Below, piece by piece: positions 52,991 to 64,000 of a stretch of 64,000 bases of DNA. The translations under genes and the position numbers were made by a program. The stretch's first letter is position 1. Every line of letters begins with the position of its first letter. Source of the stretch: Raillietiella orientalis (Eukaryota); assembly GCA_036172245.1 (NCBI GenBank), contig JAYWIR010000021.1, positions 186,001 through 250,000 on the forward strand. The letters are read 5' to 3'. The notes under the pieces were generated by a model. That model saw nothing but the letters and a program-made list of their open reading frames with translations, did no database searches and had not been told where the DNA came from.

Positions 52991-53549
52991 AATGACAAAA
53001 TCATCACGAAATGATGCTGTTTTGTGCTTATGGAGCGCACGTTCGATAGGGGCAAATTGTATCGTGATCGAATGCCGCTGGAGGCACACAAACTAAGAAT
53101 CTATCACCCCAAATCAACAGTAAACTCTAGGAAAAATTACTACCTCATAGTTAAGGGGAATTATCAATTTAAGAGAAGAGAGAATTATCTCCAATCTATT
53201 TTGGAGAGGTCATTCTAAAAAGTCAGCAGCAACTCTAGGTTATTATGACACTCCAAATTCCACAACTTACGATAGAAAAAATCGTAAATGTGTATGTTAT
53301 ATAGAGTAACTATTCCTCATTCCAAGTATACGAAAACTCTTTATTGAATGGCAGAAGCATTCTTGAATGGTGAAAGTAGTATTTAAACTAGAAGCAACTG
53401 TAGTAATAAAATAGTACTAACAACTATAGTAAGCAAGAGTGACTGCGAAAACGAGAAATGGATTTCAGTCATCCAAGTAGGTGCTAACTCGGTAAGACAT
53501 TACAAGCTTGAGAGACCGAAGCATTAAAGGACTTCAAAGAGGAAATATA

Positions 53550-56500
53550 TGTATGTACCGAGCAGTGGAACCATTTTGTAGAAATCCACACTGATTACGT
53601 TCATGTGAACTATTCTGTTCATCATTAATTGATCACCACCCAATTGAAAACATGAAGCCATTTTCTCCGCTTTTCTACAAAGCAAATAGCAACTAGTTCT
53701 GATCATCATAGCACAGCTCTATACAAAAACTGCAAGTTCACAACCCCTTAGTATTTTCTAAAATATAAGCCATACTTTTATCGAAATATCCTACTTCAAA
53801 AGTTGGGATGACGCCTACTTCTGCAATCTTTAAAAGCGATGCCTAGTAGGTAATCCTTCCTCGACTTGGTGTATCACCTAAAAGGGCACCGCATCATGTC
53901 GTATGTGGTGGTAATACATATCTTTACATTTGCACATATCTATCGAAACAAAACGGAAGATTTACATGAGGAAGTCGTTGCCATATTTTTTTTTAAAATA
54001 CTATTTTTCGATTTGCAGATTCAATTTCAGAGGCTGCTTACAACGGTATCCACATTTTCTTGTCGTCAATGCATTAAACGAAAAACCGAAAACTGAAACC
54101 AAATAGCACGAGGCAATATAAGAAACCGATAAAGGTGATGCAAGAAAATCTATTTGGAAGCATGAAATGCTTCTTTTGCATGTAAATACGTAAAGGAAAG
54201 CATCATCGTCATAACATTTTTTTTTTTGCTCCGCCAAGTACCCAAGAACCGTCGTTCGCCTGGAGTCTCACGCAGCTGTTTAACACTGTTCCACGCCTCC
54301 CGAGGGTGCTTAACATATTCAAGTTAGGGGGGATCCCGGGAAGGGACCACCCCATGAATCCAGGAAGAGCTCCGGAGAAAGGAGTCCATCCATCTCATGC
54401 TTGGGAGGGGAACCTCAAAGGGAACCCTCGCCCTCATTCTCCCCGGAGCGATTCCCCGGTCTGTCGTTCCTTCTCCGAAGGAAACCTGGAAAGGATCTGC
54501 GCTCCTTGGATTTCTTCTCCTTAGGGAGCCCTCAAAGGAACCGCTCCCTGTTTCCTCCTCCTCTGAAGAGAACCCCGAAGGAACGCCTCCAAATTCTATC
54601 AGAGGGGTAAGGCTCCCGAAGGGAGCAGCGCGCTTCTTTTTGGCACTCTGGAGAAGTCCACCGGCTTCATGGTGCGCGATGGAGGGGGATTGTCCCATTT
54701 TCGCAGCCGGAAGGGGGGGGGGGACCCTGGAGGGAACAGGCACTTTGATTCCCGGAGGGTCGACTCCCTACCCCGGCCAGTCTAAGGAGGCATCCGGCTT
54801 CCACCAGTGCTGCTGTGGACCCGAATAGAGGCCAACCAGCGTCATCTCGCGGGGGCAACTCATGCACCCCCGACGCCCCTCCCTCCCATTTCTCTGGCGC
54901 GGTCGATCCGCAACTCCTGGTGCCACGAGGGGTGACCGTGGCTACACGGCCTCCGACGCGGGCCGCGTGGCAACCGTCTCCTATCACAACAAATGTTGTT
55001 GGATGCGTAGACTGTTCGAGATACAGGGCAGACTCCCATTCAAGCTCAAAACGCCCTCGGTAAATCCAACGATTCTCGATGCACAGAAGTTTCAAAGCAA
55101 ACGGCAACGGTACTGATGACAGAGCAAGATAAAGAAACTTGGACCGATTCAATTTCCTCCTCAGAAAAAGTGGATCTAATAAATGCAGAGAACTGAAGGA
55201 AGCGAAGGAAAATCCCGCAAACGTAACAGTTTGCAAATATGCGGGCTTAGTGGAAACAGAGTGGCAACGAAAATGAGAGTTGCATGACGTCTTCTTGTAT
55301 TGGATCCGTACCATCGTTGCACGGGACATCATGTACATAGGAAGCCTACAGATGTAAAATGTAGTCCAAGATGTACGATGATTTGGGTGATCAAAGAGTT
55401 AGTTACAGTGTGTTCCAATCGGTTCTCGCCTGCATTTCAGCTGGGTTTCAGCACCGAAATCAGCACTTGCCAAGCACCTGCTTCTTTGCTTTTCCTTTTG
55501 GAGAAAATCCCCTTGGAAGTTTGTTGCTGCTGCTGTGAATCATGCCATTTATTCCAGAATAATTTAAGGTAAAAATAATTTTCGTGCAACAGGTTTGCTT
55601 TAGACAGTATTCAACCGATCGCACCAGAAAGAGCAAAAATCTTCACGTCCTTCTTCCTTTTCCAGTGTTCGAGAGCAATGGAAAAAAGAAAATCGATCAA
55701 GAGTGTCCCGTTATTTATTGTCCCTGTTGGATCTGCAACGGTCCTGTGCTTCTTCTAACACCTTTCCGGTTTCTTTGATACAAAATTATACTCCGGTTGC
55801 TTCTCGCACACTGCGATTCCGAGTTCCCTCTTTGTCAGGGATATTTTTCTTTGGAATCCACCGGAAACCATCTGGGAAAGGAGTGGCTGCGTTGATACTC
55901 CGCTGCGAATACAGAGGAGCGCGTTCTCGCCCTCCGAGTGCAATCATCATCATCATATCCAATACGATTGCTATTCAATTTTGGTAGGGACTGATGTTTT
56001 CCGATTGGAGGTTTACTCTTGAAACTCTTTTCTGGTAGCTCCCAGGGTCCTTCTTCGTACTAATTCATCGCAGAATCACACTATTAATCATCTTTACAGT
56101 TTCGAGCTATATCATCAGTGCGTCATTATCCATTTTTCATCTTCCGTTTTTCCGTGTTTCCGGAAGCTTCTTTTCCGGAAAGTTCTTGTGCATCTCCACC
56201 CCACATGCTGATGGTTGGAACACCCCCTGCGAACAGAGCAGCAACGAATTTTCACTTTCCGGGATGATCCGTGTCCACTCGGATCCCGCTTTTGTTCGGT
56301 GCTCCTGGTCTGCCTCGATTGGGGGAAACGGGCAAAGCGAAACCATCCGATGAGGTTTGTCGTAGTCAACCGCCAACGGGCGTATTCCTCGCTTACTCGA
56401 AGATGCCATTCGCTTTAGTTTTCTACGTTTGGCTTGAGGGCCTGAACAGTCAGGGATTTGTCTCCGGGAGAAAGGTAAGCTGGCTCTCTCCGAGGAGCAC

Positions 56501-57250
56501 CGGAAAGAAACATCCACAGAGTTATTACTTTCGTCAAATTAAAATTCGAAACCGAGGGCAAAAGGAATTTGTCGGAGGCCGTCCAGCTGCCCAATGGAAA
56601 CGCATTTCACTCAGCTGCTGGCTGGCGAGCGATTCCCGAGCGGGCACCAGGAAACCCATGCCAGGCCCTTGCTCATCCGTTCCAGGCAAGCAAGCAAATG
56701 CTTCTGGAAGAGAAAATCGCCCGATTATACACAGCATTTTGCGAGCGGGACATTTTGCTGCTGGGCAGCAAACGGAGCTGGACTGCTGAAGTGGGCTCGT
56801 GGCTGAAGTGGGGCTTCCCATGGGTTATTCTACAGCCAGCACCCCACGCCGCGGACAGCTACAGCTGCCCGCAGCTCTGCGTTTGAATCGCAAAGTCCAT
56901 TCTTGATGATGGAACCTTGGAAGCTGATTTCATCTTACAAGAGCATTGCCAATTTGCATCCGTACTTCGGGTGGGGGTTTCCCGTATTAACGGTGTATGA
57001 AAGAATCGTGCGCCGATCCAAAGCGACTTTTACATCCCGACGAAGCAGCTCACGCCTCTTTTGGTTTAGCACAAACGGTGGCAGCCCGGCCAGGAACGCG
57101 TAGCCTGAAATCCAGGTGGGTATCCCTCTTTCCACACGCCCTGAGATTTTGGAATTCGAGCAGCGGCTGCTAGCTGCCGACAACCACGTGTTGCACAAGC
57201 TCGTGGGCATCTTCTTCATCTTCTGGGAAAAAGCGCCCTGCATTCTTCAC
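53550..57250 (-). mobile_element. Decayed Ty3/Gypsy pro-pol remnant interrupted by repeat family B
   Basis: Protease-like ILSYTVNTG (~56990); RT-like GIRPLAVDYDKPHRMVSLCPFPPIE (~56320-56390) and IVLDMMMI (~55955); RNaseH-like PMYMMSR; integrase-like FQIDFLASPL...YLVSVFGFS (~54080-54160). Confidence 0.65.
54236..54985 (-). repeat. Unclassified repeat family B, copy 3
   Basis: Shares CGCGTCGGAGGCC, GATGACGCTGGTT, CCGGATGCC, GGGAGTCGACCCTCC and GCGTTCCTTCGGG with 8927-9370, and CCAGGCGAAC...GGGTACT with ~61990-62010. Confidence 0.8.
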
Positions 57251-57999
57251 GTTCCCACATTCGATTTCCTGCGCTCCGAGCCCTCGGGTGAATCGGTCGA
57301 AGGGATTAGAATTTTGCACGCCGTCGGATGGGCTCTCGGAGCAGCCCTTGCGCAACTTCCTCGCGAATCCACCGCTCATCATCCCGGAAGGGCCGTCGGC
57401 ACTCGAAATTCGGAGGAGGCACAATTTTTTGAGCGGCACGGAGAAACTGTGCGAATTCTTTGCCGCTTCAGAACGCGCGGAAAAAAGTCCAATGCTCTCG
57501 AGAGTGTCTGTCGCATCTGTCAGGAATCTGGAATTTCGTCAAAAGAGATATCGCTTTAGGAGCAAACCGAAGGATTTGCTCCGAGAATTGGCGCTTCAAG
57601 GAACAATCATAAAGAAGGAAAAGAACAAAAAAAAAAAAAAAAAAAAAGGGAAGAGTGTACGGAAATTCTTGACAATTCTTGAAGTTTTTCTCATGCATGG
57701 AACGTCACACAAAAGTTTGGATGCATTTGCTGTTCCCGTGTCAGGCTGAATGGCACTGCGAATTTTGCATCACTAACCAAGGAAGTTAAAGGAAGGGAAC
57801 GAAAATAGGGCAGCAGGAAACGCATAATTCGTGCTCAAAAAAAAAAAGCTTGCTCACAGCTCCTATAGCTACGCTGATGAGACCCTCACGGGGATCTGTG
57901 CAGACTGGAGGCAATAAGAAAACACGAGCCGACGCGAGTGACTCTGAAGCATTCTTCTCCGTCCGCAATCCACAAAGCACCTCATTGCACCACTGCTGT

Positions 58000-59200
58000 C
58001 CTTTCGACCTCGCTCTCTCTTGTGCTTTTGCAACTTTCTCTTTGCTGTTTGTTGGCTCTGAGGTCGTTCATGCCCGTAAAGCTCAGCACGCGCGCGCGGG
58101 AGACGTGAATGGAGGCTGAGGAAGACCTCGGACGGCACTCGGGAAAACGCCAACAACAGCTGAGCACGGTGTCCAAAGGTGTCGCATGTTCAATGGCAAT
58201 AAACACGACCGAATTGGAAAATGCGCTTCTAGTACATTATTTCAAATGTAGTGATCTCCGGAGACCAGGCTGTTGGGTGCTCAAGCAACGAGGTGTTGAC
58301 GAAGAAAGAGGTTCAGTCAGGAAAAAAGCTCTGGTGATTGATGCAAGGAGGAACAAGTCCCAAGGCAAGAGTGATCCGATAAACAAGTAGGGAGCCAGCT
58401 GAAAAAGAAAACTACAAATTTCTCCAAAAGACGAAGCGCGTCCTTTTCCGTTATTTATTCGCCACTTTGTCGATAAATCGCTAGGCTTAATAGGATTGCA
58501 TGTCTTTCACGTTTCGTATCTCCGGAAGTTTCTTCCTTTCTTATATAAATGATTTGATGCCCAGAGAGTCTCCCAGCTCAGGAATTGGCTTCTCCTTGCT
58601 TGCTGGATGCATACGGAGCAATACCTGGCTCAAATCCATTGCACAATCTGACAAACTGAGTCGGTGGTCAAGAAAACAGAGTCACCGACAGGTGTGCTGA
58701 TGCAGAAATGCCACGTAATGTGACCTCAGAGCATCAAAAGTGATGGATGCTACAGGGAGAAAACACGCGTTTCGAACACGTGGCTCACTCGATCAGTGGG
58801 ATGTGTCATTTCATCAAAGAGTGCACCGGAAAGATCTGAAAGTGTGATCCGTCCTCTGGGTCGGAATGTCCGGCGCTTCCTGCGTACCAAACTCACTTTC
58901 CATCTAGCTCCATGTAATGTGCCTCTCTTTTCACGCCGTGCTGCGCACAGGTTTATGTACCTTCGGTTCATCTTTCGATATGTATTTTGCCGTTGGGGAA
59001 TCACGTCTGTGCCTCACATGAACTGGGAACTCGTGTGCGCTTCCTCCTGCTTCCGTGCTGGAACAAGCATTTCATCTACGAGAGGGGAAAATCCCCCCCA
59101 AAAAAGATGAATCTCACCGAACTGCAGCCTTGGAGCGACCATTCTGAAAGACGGTCACTTCCGATGAGTGTACCGAAAAATCGCTTGACATTTCTGGCGG
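58000..59200 (+). mobile_element. Possible decayed Gypsy RNaseH remnant
   Basis: ESPSSGIGFSLL...KSIAQSDKLSRW resembles DASxxGIGAVL...PIAxAS. Confidence 0.4.
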
Positions 59201-59699
59201 TTTAAAAGCTGATCCGCGAGGGGGAATTTTCGTTTCGGGCCCACATTCGAATTATCTGACAAATAATAGCAACAAAAGAAAAAAAAAAACCGCCCTCATT
59301 TCTGTCTCTGGATCGGTGGTCAAGAAAACAGTGTTGCCAGATGAACCGATAAGCACCGTTTCGTTTTCTCGTTTATATAACGATGGATTTATGCATTTAG
59401 TGGTTTCTCAGATTCTCGTAAAAGTCCTTAAATAATACAACGAATTAGTTTTCTAAATACAACGCGCAAATAATGCATCAATTTCTGGTTTCCCCAAGCA
59501 TAGAAAAAAGGTACTGAAAAGTATGTTTGACCAATGTGTGGATTCATCATCGAATCCACATTGCTAGTAAAATGCAACAGCTGTTACGGCGTAGCTAAAA
59601 CATTTCAGCTTTTTTGTTCAGCGCTGTCGCAGCCTGCGGGCATCTGAGTAAAGCTTTTGCGTGATAGAGAGGTGTGCATGCACACACTTTTAGTGTGAG

Positions 59700-61110
59700 G
59701 GTGTCATAATTAGAAGTTCACGACGCACATTTAGGCTGCTGCTGGTGAAGCGTCCGTTGCTGGTGCTGATCCGGAAGTGCACGCTGGAAGCTGCAGTTGC
59801 TTAGACACAGTCCGCATGGCAGTCTCTGGTAGCCGTTATCGACGATATCCCGTTGTGTAGACACCACCGAAGCGGGTCCAAGGTAGTCCTTTTCCCTCCA
59901 GCTTGGTGACAGCAGCTCCACGAGAGGTTGGCAAGGATGTATCCGTCTTGGGTTGCTTGAGGAAAGGTCGCTCAAGACCTACCGCCTGATCCGAGCAAAG
60001 AACCTTCTTTGCAAGATGCAGAATTGCAACTTTTAAAGATTGTTTTTGCATTTTTTTCCATCCGTTGGACATCTGATTCCCAAACGTGGACATTCCGAAA
60101 TACGTGATCCCTCCCAAAACACGAGTTCTGAGATCTGTGCACTGTAACAAAATGGGTGTCCTGTCGTAGCGAGGTGTTCGAGAAGCAGAAAGCATTCAGG
60201 CATCCATCCGCATTCGAGTACCGGGACACATCCCGTTCTTCTAGTAGAATGACCGGAGCTGTGCTTGCTATTTTGTTCCTGTTTCTGGTATCCAGCGGTC
60301 TTTCACTGTTTGGCATCTCAACAAAAGCCGGCTTGAACGAGAATAAAATAAAAGAGAGGAGCAAATAATTGGAAACGAACGACCCCAAGAGAACACCGAC
60401 ACCTTTGGACACGTTCGATGCAGCTTCATTAAAGCCTATTTTGACACTTTTTGCTTTGGAAGACCCCAAATCCTCAAGCTCCGATGTTACCTACTTTTTC
60501 ACGAGAGCGTGTCAACACGTGACATCCTGCGAGGAAGAGGGAGCAAAAAACACGCGCAAAAAAAACAAAAACAAAAGCATTTTGTTAGGAAACCTTTGGA
60601 GAGGAGAGATGAGTTTGGACCGATGGGTTTGCGTGATTCGAGCGCATTCGTTCTGCTCTAAAGGGAACGAACGTCATGGAAAATTTCATCCCTTTCACAT
60701 GCCACCTACCCGAAAGGACCCTTTTCTTCTGTATGTTCCTACTCTATACCCAATCTTCATTTTCCGTTGCGCGGGCCACGAGTTTTGGAACTTCTTTTAT
60801 TTACATTCTCCTGGAAGCTTGTTCCTGTTCAGACAACTCTTTTGCCGTGTTGCGAGCAATCGATTTGTTTTCTTCCGTTGCTCGGATCAACGCGAGTGAA
60901 CTCGGAACCGTGATGGAATCGCTGCTGAAAAAGCCGTGGAGAATAAAACCCCACGATCCTGGAAAAGACTGCTATCGAAGAACGTCTTTCTGCTCTCCCC
61001 CAAATTCCCTGTTGCTTTCCACAGCCATTGAGGCAACCGTAACTCCTTCAAAGGCCAGATGCGATAAGTACTGGAATTTTTCATCTCTGTCCGACCTTCC
61101 CTCACCCCCT
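59700..61110 (-). mobile_element. Decayed Gypsy RT-connection/integrase remnant
   Basis: PLKELRLPQWLW...RKTFF (~61000-61060), DLRTRVLGGITYFGM...GW, and KGLPWTR (~59880). Confidence 0.45.
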
Positions 61111-61129
61111 TCCTCCTCTCAGCCTTCTC

Positions 61130-61915
61130 TGCGAGCTGAGAAATGTGCCCTTCGAAGAATCTGCTGTTCCTCCCTACTGTCCATGCACGAGCGCTTCCGT
61201 GTTCCTCTTGAAGTGGATTCCCTCAGGATGTGCTGCTGCTTCTCCGCTGGGGTCTCCACTGCAACCAGCGTAGGAGCCTCGTTCCTGGGGGAGTTGCGTC
61301 CCCCAAACCGTTTGGGGCGCGGGGCGATTGGATCGCTCCCTCACCTGCTCTTGGACTGCAGTGCCCTCCAGGAACTTTGGCGGAGGCTGACTCAGCACTC
61401 CTGAGCGCTGAGGATGCTGCTAAGGGCTTGCTGCGGCCATCCTCTGCGAGAAGTGAAGTCACGACAGGCGCCGTGATGGCGACGACATGCTGCATCCGTG
61501 CCATCATCATAGCCCACCATTTGTTGGAGCTTCGGGCGCAGCGAATGGCAGCCGCCTGTGTGAGAAAGACCGCCAGCCGGACTCACCTAGAAGAAGACGT
61601 CAGCAAGGAGATCGCCTGCATTCGGCGTCGTTTTATAAAGAAGGAATGACCCCTGTCCTCATCTTCCCTTTATATTTTTTTTGTGTATTTATTTTTCCTC
61701 GTGCCCATTCCCCATTCTCTTTCTTTCCTTCTTTATTGCCTGTCCTCGTCCTCCCGTTGCAGACTTTCCGAAACCTCGGCCTGCGTGCCGGTGGACCCTC
61801 CCAGTGAACTTCGTCTTTTTGTTCCTGGAACTGCCTTTCTCCCAACTTTTTTTTTGTTTGTTTACCTCTTTTATCTCTATTCTTTGTGAAATAAATGCCA
61901 CGGCATCACCGGCGT
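61130..61915 (+). mobile_element. LINE 3'-end derivative, near-identical to 7012-7850
   Basis: Direct nucleotide match to the 7 kb copy. It ends AAATAAATGCCACGGCATCACCGG, resembling the family A terminus. Confidence 0.85.
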
Positions 61916-61984
61916 TCTTGGCCTTTGATCTCAAGAGCTCCAGAGCGAGCGGCGCTGCGAGGCAAAGCGCTTCATCCAGAAAAG

Positions 61985-63380
61985 CGGAGTACCCGAGGGT
62001 AGTTCGCCTGGCGGCCCGCGGCACTCTTTGACGCTGTCCAGTCGCCCAGGGGCGTACACTTAATCTTCAGGAGTTGGGGGGTGAGGATGAGGGTGCCCCA
62101 GGACGAAATCCGGGAAGGCCTTGGAGGAAGGTGTCTGTTCCTCTCACGCTTGGGAGGAGACCCCGAAGGAAACCACCTCTTCCTCGTCTCTGCTCCAGAG
62201 GAAACTCGAAAGAGAACCCTTCCTTCCTTGTTCACTCCTCTGAATAGAACACTGTAGGGAGGCTTCCCAATTTCTCTGGAGGGAGCAGAATGCTTCCCAA
62301 ACTCTGGAAAGACAACCCCTCTGAGGAAGGACCTACCAGCTCCACAGAACCCGATGAGGGGGATCTCCGAAGGGCTCCTTGATGTCCAGAGAGGAACCCG
62401 GAGGGTCAACTCTCAATTCCAGCCACTCAACGGGGGCATCCGGCTTCCACCAGTTCCGCATCCGTGGACTTTTGCTATAGGGCGTGCTACTGGGTATTCC
62501 GGAGGAAGGCATGCAGTGGGCCCCGGTGCTCATGAACACCCGCGCCCTCCTCTTGAAGTGGCAGGAGTCGTCGTTGGTGCTGCTGCAATGGGGCCTCCCG
62601 TGTAACGCTCTCTAGCATCATTGGACACGGAGGGGAGGCATGGACCCAAACTGTGCAAGGTGCGGGGAGCGGAAATCCCTCCCACAACCCCTAGTGAACT
62701 GTGTCGTCCTCCGGCCCCTTTATGGACGTTTTGCCACAACTCTTGGAATGCCCGGCGGCAACGTCAGAGTCGTCATGCGGCTCTTCTTTGTCTGAGACTC
62801 CCCGCAGCCAGCCGCATCCCTTGCAGCACTGCGCTGCCTCCGTGGGATTGTGGCGATGTGGAGCGACGCCGACCGAGGAGCCAAAGACAGGGATGCCATT
62901 CACTTTGCTCTTCGCCTTCTACGGATAGCGGTCAGATGGACATTTATATGAAGCAAGACCTTGCCGGCATCCTCCAAAGGATGCAGAGGACCATTCCCAG
63001 AAGACTGTGATCCTCTCCCACACCCCATCCCCCAAATTGCTTTATTTTTGTTTTGTTTCTTTTTCTTTGGTCCCTCCCCTCTGCTGCCGTGGTGGTCCTC
63101 ACTGGTCTGCGAACCGGCAACGCGCCATGGTATCTATTTCAAGGACGTGGCTGGACCACAGGTCCAACCACAGAAATAGGGAATGTTTATTTTATTTTTA
63201 AATAGATGCCCCAGCGAACCCAGGTGAAAAACCAGTGCCGCCGCACCCGAATCGGCTGAGCAGCGCCATCCTGCGGGGGGAACTCAAACAAATCCGCACC
63301 CCCCCGTTCTCGGGCATCGATCCTTCCCCCGGGGGCCGTCAGCGCGGGTCGAGCAGACGAAACCGTCGGCACGTAGCCGA
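61985..63380 (-). repeat. Unclassified repeat family B, copy 4, split into 61985-62454 and 63231-63380 by a LINE insertion
   Basis: The left part ends GGCTTCCACCAGT and the right part starts ACCAGTGCCGCC...CCCGAAT. The uninterrupted copy at ~54797 reads GGCTTCCACCAGTGCTGCTGTGGACCCGAAT. Confidence 0.8.
62455..63230 (+). mobile_element. 5'-truncated L1/Tx1-like LINE (family A, copy 3) with ACCAGT target-site duplication
   Basis: LKWQESSLVLLQWGLPCNAL*HHW...DPNCARCGERKSLPQPLVNC aligns with copy 2, as does the 3' UTR. It ends GTGAAAA and is flanked by ACCAGT at 62449-62454 and 63231-63236. Confidence 0.85.
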
Positions 63381-63419
63381 CCTGCCACCCGTTTCACATG
63401 GCGGTGAAGACAACAAGAA

Positions 63420-64000
63420 TGGAGGCAGCGAGAAGTTCCGGCGTTGACGACGCCGAGGATGACGCAAAGAGATCACCGCTGTGAGAACAACACTTTTATT
63501 ACGTCGGCGGTCAAAAGTAGACCATCTGGTACGTGGATGCCTTGATGCGGAATCCGATGGATGAAACTCGTGATGAATGACATGGATGAGCCGAGGCTGC
63601 TGAGCAACTCCTCTTCTCCCGCATGAACGGTCTTGGAAAACCTCGTTTTCACGTGAATGGAGTCTTATAAATAAATCAGTGGGTCTGAAAAATCAGCATC
63701 CCTTCCGTCCGAAAGGAAGAGACCTCGGTCGGGGGAAGGAAGATCTGCCCAACAGACCAAGGAACCACAAGACGCCAGCGCAGGACAAGAATCTCAGTGA
63801 AGATTGATGACTCGCCGGTACAGCGCTCTGCTCTCTGGTCTCTTAAACTCTTCGCAGAGGAGGTAGTCTCCTTTGCGAGAGCGGGATCTCGTCTCCCACG
63901 TTCTCTTCCGCGCGAGTGGCTGGGAACACGGAACCATCGTGACCGTTCCCGGATCTGTTGTGGCTGAGGTAGCCCGGACGGTGGTCGGTTCGCTCGCCCA
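63420..64000 (-). other. Possible LTR-like sequence
   Basis: On the minus strand a TATA-like TATTTATAAG (~63665-63674) lies about 170 nt upstream of AATAAA (~63494-63499) in GC-rich non-coding DNA. No partner LTR was found in the window. Confidence 0.2.

Noticed and set aside
57873..57900. Hammerhead ribozyme core (CTGATGA plus a small stem)
   Set aside because: No GAAA after stem II and no closing stems. Other CTGANGA sites I checked also fail.
58661..59331. 19-bp direct repeat TCGGTGGTCAAGAAAACAG at 58661 and 59313
   Set aside because: Only two copies within TE debris. Probably a small local duplication, with no array or element structure.
1..64000. CRISPR arrays, rRNA, prokaryotic operons, or nematode origin
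   Set aside because: No regularly spaced repeats or rRNA-like sequence were seen. The genes have spliceosomal introns, and the acceptors lack the strict nematode TTTTCAG consensus.

Overview
Eukaryotic (invertebrate, arthropod-like) genomic DNA. Five conserved housekeeping genes, all on the minus strand, sit in AT-rich, CpG-poor islands: TMEM165 (27257-28323), TIM22 (28405-28980), PGM2 (33299-39071), SANBR/KIAA1841 (42931-45480) and VPS51 (49445-52375). Most introns are very short (42-60 nt). Nearly everything else is a CpG-rich transposon graveyard. It holds about a dozen heavily decayed Ty3/Gypsy gag-pol remnants, six 5'-truncated L1/Tx1-like LINE 3' fragments and four copies of an unclassified repeat, with several nested insertions. 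I see no intact mobile element and no convincing new multi-gene system. The best candidates for follow-up are: (1) the TIM22-TMEM165 pair, separated by only 81 nt, which suggests a shared or bicistronic transcription unit; (2) a perfect 27-bp hairpin at 46642-46702; (3) a LINE inserted into the unclassified repeat with a 6-bp target-site duplication; (4) a near-identical pair of frame-broken LINE tails; (5) a GC-AG intron in VPS51. All homology calls come from motif recognition by eye, not database searches, and transposon boundaries are approximate.
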